Assembly: GCA_000182565.2 (NCBI GenBank)
Contig: KQ257465.1
Length of the DNA stretch: 64,000 nucleotides
Reading direction: 5' to 3' (one strand)
Origin: Spizellomyces punctatus DAOM BR117
Taxonomy: Eukaryota
The position numbers and the translations under genes are program-made. Under the pieces are notes generated by a model. The model ran no database searches and was not told the DNA's origin. It worked only from the letters and a program-made list of their open reading frames with translations. The first letter of the stretch is position 1, and every line of letters starts with the position of its first letter. This document shows positions 53,940 through 64,000 of the stretch, one piece after another.

Positions 53940-54422
53940 ACCACGCTGTATGATCTATAAATCATGTGAGATCATGCTGGGATGTCATTAGACAGTTCAC
54001 ATCTGATCTGGCTAAGTTACAACGTGGGGAATTGGACTTAGAGTAATCAGAATGATCACAGACGCGCGTGGGAATGATTTAAAGGGGTAAATCATCATGT
54101 AAGCACTCTTAGAAGGTCTGGAAGGTTTGTGACGATCTAGATCTTCAGGTAATGTTTGCCAAGGCATGGCTGAAATTGCTGAGCACGGCTGAGCATGTAA
54201 ACAAGTGGGCTGAAGCATGTAAACAGTAAACAAAGGCGGAGGGAGGCTGGAGAATGTACTGGGTTATATAAAGGGGACTTTTGCACGTCTCTGAATTAAT
54301 GCAAGCATGTTATCCCACAAGTTACTGCACCCAGAAGTCTTACTAGTGGCCACAGGCATTACTAGACCTTTCAGAAGTGATTTCTACATGGGAAATCAGA
54401 GTTCCAAGGGCTAAGTTCAATA
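53921..54422 (+). repeat. LTR (~502 bp) shared between copy 1 (as 3' LTR) and copy 2 (as 5' LTR)
   Basis: Begins TGTTGAG immediately after the PPT, ends TTCAATA immediately before the PBS, and contains TATATAAA near 54264. Confidence 0.85.
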
Positions 54423-54434
54423 GGTCATGAGCCC
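54423..54434 (+). promoter_or_regulatory. copia primer-binding site
   Basis: GGTCATGAGCCC differs by one base from GGTTATGAGCCC, the internal tRNA-iMet (half-tRNA) priming site of copia/Ty5-type elements. Confidence 0.75.
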
Positions 54435-55397
54435 TGATTGCTATCACTGATATTTTCCTGCTTCAAATCTCTTTCCTGATGGCCACACCACCTTCCTGAC
54501 GGACCGGACCTATCCTCTTCCCAGGATCATGTTTGGACCACTTACCACACCAGGATGATTTCACCTCTTCCCCAATGGCAAATCCATTCACCAAATCAGC
54601 TCAGACATGTCAAACACGGACTTGGACACCAAACTCATGCTGGAAAAGTTCAATGGTGAGAACTACCACCTCTGGAAGTTCAAAATGATGATGTTGCTAA
54701 AGGAAAAGTGGCTGTGGGGTGTGATTGAGGGGGATCAGAGCATGGAGGGAACCTCTGAGAAGGATTGGAGGAGAAAGGATGAGCAGGCAATGGCTGTAAT
54801 TGCTCTGTCACTGAGTGATGCCCAACTCATGCATGTCCAGATGGCTGGGACTGCAAGGGAGGCCTGGTTAAAGCTCAGTGACATCCACCAAAGGAAAGGA
54901 ATTGCCAGTAGGCTCTATCTAAGGAGGAAATTTCTCACTCTGAAGATGGAAGACGGCGCTGGGGGCATGTTGGGACACATAAACACAGTCAGGACAATGG
55001 CTCAGCAGTTGGAGGCCATTGGGGCGCCAGTCAGTGAAGAAGACCAAGTCATCACCCTACTCTACAGCCTACCAGAGAGTTATGAACAGCTGGTGGTGTC
55101 TTTGGAGGCCAGGAGTGATTCTCTGATGCTGGAATTCCTCACATCATGGCTTTTGCATGAAGAAACATGCAGGAAGGAAGCTGGGAGTGAAGGAGATAGC
55201 AAAGGGAAGGCCACTGGGAGAGTGGTGGATTGCAAAGCCAACTCAGTCAAACCTGGCTTTTGCCTTCACCATTGGGGAAGTTCCACAGGAAGAACCCAGC
55301 ACTCTGGCTGAAGCTAGGACCAGACATGATGCCAAACAGTGGGAGGCAGCTGTCAAAGCAGAGTATGACTCCCTGATGGAGAATCAGATGTGGGACT
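54423..55397 (+). mobile_element. copia copy 2, internally deleted
   Basis: Gag ATG at 54607 (EKFNGENYHLWKFKM). 54787-55212 matches 50115-50540, then jumps to sequence matching 52266-~52453, then to an LTR. Confidence 0.92.
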
Positions 55398-55770
55398 TGT
55401 TGAGATTCAGGCTTAAACCACGCTGTATGATCTATAAATCATGTGAGATCATGCTGAAATACCACTAGACAGTTCACATCTGATTTGGCTAAGTTACAAT
55501 GTGGGAAATGGACTTAGAGTGTGTGGGAGTGATTTAAAGGGGTAAACCATCATGTAAGCAGTCTTAGAAGGTCTGGAAGGTTTGTGATGGTCTAGATCTT
55601 CAGGTAATGTTTGCCAAGGCATGGCTGAAGCTGCTGAGCATTGCTGAGCATGGCTGAGCATGTAAACAAGTGGGCTGAAGCATGTAAACAGTAAACAAAG
55701 GTGGAGGGAGGCTGAAGGATGTACTGGGTTATATAAAGGGGACTTTTGAACATCTCTGGAATAATACATA
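55398..55770 (+). repeat. Second LTR-related copy (5' ~370 bp only)
   Basis: Starts TGTTGAGATTCAGGCTTAAACC as at 53921. Similarity is lost shortly after the TATA box. Confidence 0.85.
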
Positions 55771-55986
55771 AGTTACACATTGCAATACTTGCAGAGTGGC
55801 TATAGTAACAGTCCACAGCCAATAATGTAACTGGATAAATGCAGTTTGTAGCAAGGCTGTGCCATGTCTCATTACAGTTAGGTTCCTTTGAGTCAGGCCC
55901 CATAAGGGTGAGCTAATCTGTAGTATAGTATAAGTCTATTCTGTGTAGGACACTAAGGGAATATACTAGCTAGCAGCACAAAAGTA

Positions 55987-56086
55987 NNNNNNNNNNNNNN
56001 NNNNNNNNNNNNNNNNNNNNNNNNNNNNNNNNNNNNNNNNNNNNNNNNNNNNNNNNNNNNNNNNNNNNNNNNNNNNNNNNNNNNNN
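55987..56086. other. Assembly gap (100 N)
   Basis: Run of N. Confidence 1.
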
Positions 56087-56662
56087 TTAAACCACGCTGT
56101 ATGATCTATAAATCATGTGAGATCATGCTGAAATATCACTAGACAGTTCACATCTGATTTGGCTAAGTTACAATGTGGGAAATGGACTTAGAGTGTGTGG
56201 GAGTGATTTAAAGGGGTAAACCATCATGTAAGCAGTCTTAGAAGGTCTGGAAGGTTTGTGATGGTCTAGATCTTCAGGTAATGTTTGCCAAGGCATGGCT
56301 GAAGCTGCTGAGCATTGCTGAGCATGGCTGAGCATGTAAACAAGTGGGCTGAAGCATGTAAACAGTAAACAAAGGTGGAGGGAGGCTGAAGGATGTACTG
56401 GGTTATATAAAGGGGACTTTTGAACATCTCTGGAATAATACATAAGTTACACATTGCAATACTTGCAGAGTGGCTATAGTAACAGTCCACAGCCAATAAT
56501 GTAACTGGATAAATGCAGTTTGTAGCAAGGCTGTGCCATGTCTCATTACAGTTAGGTTCCTTTGAGTCAGGCCCCATAAGGGTGAGCTAATCTGTAGTAT
56601 AGTATAAGTCTATTCTGTGTAAGAACCACTAAGGGAATATACTAGCTAGCAGCACAAAAGTA
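56087..56662 (+). repeat. Near-identical direct duplicate of 55413-55986 (LTR part plus flank)
   Basis: Identical ORF translations on both sides of the gap, with only a few base differences near the contig ends. Confidence 0.9.
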
Positions 56663-57219
56663 ATGTGTATGCCAATGGTGCTATCAGTTACCTCTATAAC
56701 CAATATTGTAACCCTATGCTGGCTTCCCTTTTATAGGAACCTAAGCAGAAGTATCTCCAGACTGATTACCTACATATATACCACCAAATCCTACTCAGTT
56801 AACCCAAGATAATTAATTTGCTTCTTGCTCTGATTATGAAAACTTTTTGAGATTGGCCCAGCTCATATGGCAATGTTACTCCTGCTAAGTATAAGCCTTA
56901 AATTTGTTATATCAGCTACCTTGAAATCAGCCTTCTTAATTGGTCAATGCCATGAGGAAGGTTATAGTCAGCTCTATCACTATACATTTGCAATATATAT
57001 TGATTATATAGTCCTCTATTATTTTTATACACTAGTAATCTTATCCAGGTTTGCTAGGCCTGTGGTGGCAGTAGGGCACCAGTCAAACCCACCCAGTTAA
57101 TGCATTTGTGCACTAAGCTTGTCCAGGACAATAAGGAAAGCTTCCAGATTCAATAATTGGGAGGTTTACCCTTACAACAGGAACTACCATGAAAGTTTAG
57201 TGAGATTCTCCAAATTATA

Positions 57220-58512
57220 TCAATGGTGACTGTGTCCACGGTAAAAGTTGAATATCTGGTCCCAGGCTTCATAAAGGTTGGTGGATATAGTTGTTAGTTG
57301 ACCAAAGGACACCATCCATCCAGTTGCCATTCAACAAACCTTCTTGAGGGGACTCCGCATATGAAAACAGTTTCAAATCTCCCTCCGAGATGACGCCCTG
57401 TAGCATACTCATTTTTAGCAAACAGCACGACGGCGTTGTTATGAAGAAAAGTATTGAGGTCTGGTCCTTACATCTTCCAGCATGTTGTGGAAATTGACCA
57501 TCCTATCCCACCATGCTTTGCAAAACAAAATGACGGGAATTCGGGCCATTTTCTTGGTTTGAATCAGTGTGAGGGCTTCAAACAGTTCATCCATCGTGCC
57601 CCATCCACCTATCAACCGTTATGTGAGTTGTGTGGTAGTAGAATCCTTTCTTGCGCCACATAGATGTACCTGGGAAGGCCACCAATGCTCGCGCGCGACC
57701 GAGGAAATGCATTTTGCGCATTGCTGTTTACAGCAGAAACATTAGACGGATGATGGTTTTGGACTCCTGGATGATCGGAATGTAGGCTTACAAAAGTAAT
57801 GGAAGTTGAAGCAGAGCTAAAGGAGAAAAACGGGGAACCATCGGGAGTAAGTACTCTGTGCCGGGGCATGACGATTGAAAAGCGTTTCCACACCTCCGGA
57901 GTGATGTACGGATTCGGTCGCTGCTCGAAGGGCAGAACAATATTCAGCCCCACCGAGCGACCTCCCGGAACTTGAGTTGCGCCTCTGTTGGCTGCCTCCA
58001 TGATGCCAGGACCACCACCAGTTATGACGACCCTGTATGGAGCAGATGTCAGCAAGATATTTTACACACATGGCAGATACGCACAATTTGTTTCCGTCGG
58101 AATTCTTAGTTACAATTTCGCCAAATTCTTGAGCGGCTTCATAATATTTGACGCTCTCCAGCATCTTTTTGGCTATCCTCAGGCTTTCCCTCGCCTCGGT
58201 ATCGTTGGGTCCCTTTTGCTTCACAAGCTCTTCTGCAACTCTCAAATGTTCTTGAGCCTGGTCGCGATCCCTAATTCTGGCACTACCAAACACAACAATA
58301 GTACTATCGATTCCCGCTTCCGCAAGGATCTTTTCAGGTTTAGTGTACTCGAGCTGGAGACGAAGGGGTCGCAGGTCATCACGAAGCAAGAACGGTTCGT
58401 CGGCCCAAGCCAAGCGGTACGCTGGAGACGTAGTTTGTGCTGTGCGCGGGTCCGAGGCGGCAGACTTGAGAGCACCAGGAGCCTTTTGGGGAAAGGGATG
58501 ATAGTGATGCAT
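57220..58512 (-). CDS. LOG family (TIGR00730/lysine-decarboxylase-like) nucleotide phosphoribohydrolase
   Basis: [99 protein letters not shown], ending ...[20 protein letters not shown] (TGA 57220-57222). At least six introns. A possible extra 5' exon starts at 58666. Confidence 0.9.
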
Positions 58513-58857
58513 GAGGTTGGGTACAAGGGAAAAAACTGGCTGTGGGTTAACAGAAGACTCGGTTATGTCCTATAAGGTCGGGGTCCAGAAACGTACCAGT
58601 CTTGGCACTCAAATGGCGAGCACCCTTTTGGTTGGAGTCCTTGTTCGTATCGTCGCCGTGCTGCATTGTGGATGTCGTGGAGGGAGATCACTTCCTGCCA
58701 ACGCGTTTTCAGATGCTGGCCAATCTGTTGGTTGCTGACGTAAGGATCACGCTAAAGACGGAAAGACCAGTTTACATGGCATAAAATAGATAATCATGTT
58801 TCTTGTTACATTAACAAATCAGTGATCTCTGATAGACATTACGCTATATGCATATAT

Positions 58858-60515
58858 TCATTGCGATGGTGTTTCAATTCCTGCGCAAATAACCCTTTCG
58901 GAAACTTCGACACCACAATTTGCCTGCGATTTCGCCTTCACATATACCAGGGTTTCACTACTGGCAGTTTCGATTGTTTTAACCACAGTTGAAACTAGCC
59001 TGTCTAACCCTCTCACCCGCATCAGAAAGTTTTTCTCATCATTAATAGACGCAGTCATCAAGACCGAATCGTCGTCATAGTCCCATCGGAGCATTCCCAA
59101 AGTGGTCATGATTCGGTTCCACCCACATGGATGGTGATCTGCCTTTTCTCTGAAGGGCGGTTCCGTATGCACGTAATCAAAGTCCAGAGGTCCTGTCGTG
59201 TAGACTATTTCGTATTGATCTGTATTTGCTTGGTCTTTGAACGATCGCATAATTGCAACGTGCGGACGATACACGGTTCCGCAACATTTCACTCCTTGGT
59301 GTGTTCGAGCAAACCCAACAAAGTACTCGCTGTCTCGCCACTGCAGCCACGGCGTCCCGCCTCCCAGCTTCCCGAACGTCGTGTCCTTCTGGCCACCGAT
59401 CGTTGAGCAGTGCCCATCATGTGCAATATCACAAGCCATAATATGCAGAGGCTGGACACTGAAACGATCATTCAGCTAAATTTGAAACATAGCACCGTCA
59501 TGTTATCCCCTCACCTATAGACCACTCGAAACTCATTTTTATGAAAGAAAGGTGTCCAATTTTTTTCCCAGTTTTGAGGCGCAAAATCAGGGCGAAGAGC
59601 AGACTGATGTCGTGATGTGGTATTGAAAGTCCATTGCTTGCGCTTTCCGTCCATATCTCCCATGTGGAACAAAAGGATAATGTTCCCGTGAGGATCGGCG
59701 ATGGCTCGCGGATCCTCTTGGCCTGTATAAAAAGCCTGATCTGGCGTATAGCTGGAGATGTATGAGGTGACTTAGCGTATCCGCAAAAAGTCAGGCTGCC
59801 ACGAACTTACATTTCCATGACGTCTGGAAATTTTACCAAGTCATCGCCAACACGTCGCTTGAGTGGTACGGGTCTTAGATCTGAATCGTAAGATTGTGCA
59901 AACAAAAAACTCCGCTTCCCCCCAGCACACGGAGGTCTGCATGATGGATCTTTGTATTGCATTCGTGTGAAATATACGTAGTGCCGGACATCTTGGAGCC
60001 ATACCGCCGTACCGCTGAATGCGTCCCAGTGGGCAGGGGTGTTCGGCTCTTGCGCTACTCTTTGCCTGTAATTCGCAGAGAACCAGGCAACATTTACCGT
60101 CATATCTTTGATACGGTCAACATACAGCACTTTTTCGAAGGCTAATGGGTCCCAGCACCCATCAGGCATCATGGCAACTTTTATGTCCTTCGGTATGACT
60201 TTTTCCGGAAGGACTTTATCCCAGCTACCCGTAGACGATGGTGCAAGTATTGGAGAGGAGTCTGCTGGTTCTGAGACTAGTGTGGAATATGGAGCCAGGG
60301 TAGAAGTTGCTTCAGAAGGCTGTTCCGCTGACGCAGCACGCTTTGTTCGGCTTAACACCTTAGACACACGACCTTATTAGCCATATAGATTGTGCGAAAA
60401 ATATATCATGGAAATGACGAACCTCTGATATTCTCCATTTGGTGACCAGAGAATGGAAAGCTACCAATTGCAGTAGTAGAATCACAATTACAATATCCCT
60501 CCGCCGCCTCTTCAT
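58858..60515 (-). CDS. Type II membrane glycosyltransferase resembling beta-1,2-mannosyltransferase (GT91/BMT, DUF3589)
   Basis: MKRRRR, a TM and an S/T/P stem. Motifs in order: WDAFSGTAVWL, SFLFAQSYD, GQEDPR, EKNWTPFF, GGTP and GFARTH..KCCGTVYRPH, matching the BMT pattern as I recall it. Three introns. Confidence 0.75.
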
Positions 60516-61277
60516 GAAGGTGCTCGCTATCCGTATTGCCGCATGCCGCATCGCGTTTCTCGTTGAACTGAGCAGCATTGCAACTGCACGTTCGTAAATA
60601 CGCGAGCAAGCTATGAAGGTCAAACTTATCTTGCTGCTATCCAGGAAGCTTGGCTCCGTCGGGGCCAGATTTACGTAAGCCAGATCAATGCATCAGCTCT
60701 ATGTAGCTGAGCCTTTGGATTTCCGGAGCCATTATTATTTGGCAGCTACGCTTGACCTTTTCAAACTCTCGCACTCGTATTATTCTTCCTTAAATAACAG
60801 GATACCACCCAGGGTAGAATCGATGTTTCAAAGCCTCGTCATCGTCATTGCAATATGGGTCCTTTTGACCCTTATATTAGTGCACAAACTCTTGAGCATC
60901 TTCAGGCACCGGTTATAGGTGTACTTATGTTTCTTTTATTTGCCTCTTCCTGCGAGAGCTCAAGGAAACAAGCCAGCCTGAAAGGAGGTTTTTGGGCGAG
61001 GAAAATACTTCTTGAACGACGCATTCTTATTGGCTGCGCGCATGTGAGATTGCAAATGTTTACCGGCTGCTTAGTTGTTTGCCTTCAACAATACGAGAAT
61101 ATGGATGATGGCCTTTGAATCCGGTCCGCTCGCCACTATTGGCAGCAACAAACACGTGCTTACGTACGCAGACCATGTCCAACTCCGCTCGGGAATACCA
61201 ACCTATGTTTTCCCCTCTGTTGAGACCTTTCAAGCATCAGACTACCTACCTGGAAGTCTTTGGGTACTCTCGTACCA

Positions 61278-62646
<1,369 letters not shown>

Positions 62647-64000
62647 GAACTCCTTGTTCTGGCATCGAAACCACCACAACTGCTCGACTACTTGCGCTAT
62701 GAACGTCTGCTACTGTTTTGTATTTACCTATGAGGACGCCATATATATATATATACATATGAATATCCTTGAAGCGGTTAATTCTCCCCAGGACGATGGA
62801 AGTATGAGCACAGTCGTGTGGATCTCTAAGTGCGAGCGCAGACCATCATGATCACAAGTTCAAAGGTTCTCCCGACCAGTGTAAGTAGTGGATCAAGGGA
62901 TCTAAAAGCTCTATAGCAAAATCCACGGTGGATATCCTCCAGAGTACCTCAATATTACATTCCACAATCTCCTTTGTATTTCTCTGTAACACACGTTGGT
63001 CAAATAACGGATAACCCTGCAGCGCTGACCTGACAATCAGATTCTTTTCTATCCATTCTCCGCTGAGCTTTTGCAACGGTACCGACAAGCGTATCGAACC
63101 TCAGCTGGTCGATAACATGCTGGGTCAAAAACGCCGTAAAGATAGAGTGGGGAGAATAAATTCCTCAGGGACGGAACATCAGCCGCATCACTGTGTGAAG
63201 GTATGAGCCTGTATCAAGCTTTGGCATGTTTTTCCTAAAGGATTTAATGTCCACGTCATCCCTGGTATGTTCCCAGTCCAAGTTAAGCACTGCTGCTTCC
63301 TAGACACATGTGTTATGTCTTCGGTGAGTTGCGGACTAACAAAAGGTCCCACTCTTTGATGTCCACACATATGAGAGTTTGCTAGTTTATCCTGAGTACC
63401 GTGCCATGAAGGTTGCCTTAGACTCTCACGGCTGAATAGAGCGGTATTGCAAGCCATTCTTCGCTATTGACTAGTTAATCGAAGTTTCCGACTCATAGCT
63501 CCCAGTAGCTCATAACAATCTTGGGTTGGATGCTGCTTTGAGACACCTGACGTCAAGCTAAACCGATATTGATGCCTTTCGAGAAAGTCAGAAATGGTCC
63601 ACCGGTTCTAGGGGCTCGATGACAAAGTAGTAATTTCCGGTTGCGGTGTTTCCTGTCCCCTTTAGGTACTGGATCGAAACGAACTTTATTTGCCAGCCCA
63701 GCAGGGTGAGTGGCATCTAAAAGTCGGAGGGTGGCCCATTCCACCTATACCGGTTAGCGTAAGTTGAATACAAAAGTGTATTCAACTGGAGTACCAATTT
63801 TGTTGAGGGGGTTAAGTTTAATTATGCAGTTGCTTCCAAAACCGTACCGTTTCCGTTACTTATCACGAAAATGCCGATCTTCACAGAGGTGACTTCAGCC
63901 TCGCAGCTTTGGAATCACGATCAATGACAAACTACCTGTAGAACAATATTGCTTACCTTACCGCAAGTAAGCAGGGACGGAAATGCGCAAGTATACACGT

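Larger units (their letters stand above)
50115..54422 (+). mobile_element. Ty1/copia LTR retrotransposon copy 1 (5'-truncated, one in-frame stop)
   Basis: Gag with CFYCNKKGHFKKDC zinc knuckle, protease D(L)GAS, integrase (WHRRLGH, VHSDVCGP, RSDNGGEY, PEQNGVAER), RT (YKARLVAKG, QMDVKTAFL, YVDD) and RNase H (YSDADW, ADILTK) in copia order. PPT TGAGTGGGAG at 53911-53920, then the LTR. Confidence 0.97.

Noticed and set aside
62852-64000. Gene downstream of galE
   Set aside because: Some splice-like signals and short ORFs on the minus strand, but I could not build a coherent reading frame or recognise a motif.

Overview
Eukaryotic, intron-rich fungal DNA with short (~55-90 bp) GT-AG introns. Gene content suggests an early-diverging, chytrid-like fungus; this is inference. 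From 1 to 42.5 kb the window holds mostly conserved genes: a type IIC/ACU-like P-type ATPase, a SAM/RA MAPKKK, Sas10/Utp3, an OPT transporter, a GDS1-wHTH plus KilA-N/APSES protein, Kre33/NAT10, a PH/coiled-coil orphan, a GPI-type protein, ARMC8/Gid5, a SUR7/PalI-like tetraspan, SUR2, and a Venus-flytrap/Cys-rich multi-TM receptor. From 42.9 to 62.6 kb there is a run of secretory-pathway glycan genes: a membrane-anchored SAM methyltransferase, a single-ORF fusion of a TPT/SLC35E-type (candidate PEP) transporter to a polysaccharide pyruvyltransferase, a GT91/BMT-like beta-mannosyltransferase and UDP-glucose 4-epimerase, plus a bacterial-type LOG gene. This run is split by a ~10 kb CpG-depleted island holding rearranged Ty1/copia copies. 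The best candidates for an undescribed system are the transporter-pyruvyltransferase fusion and the surrounding putative glycan-decoration cluster. All gene models were spliced by eye and no database searches were run.
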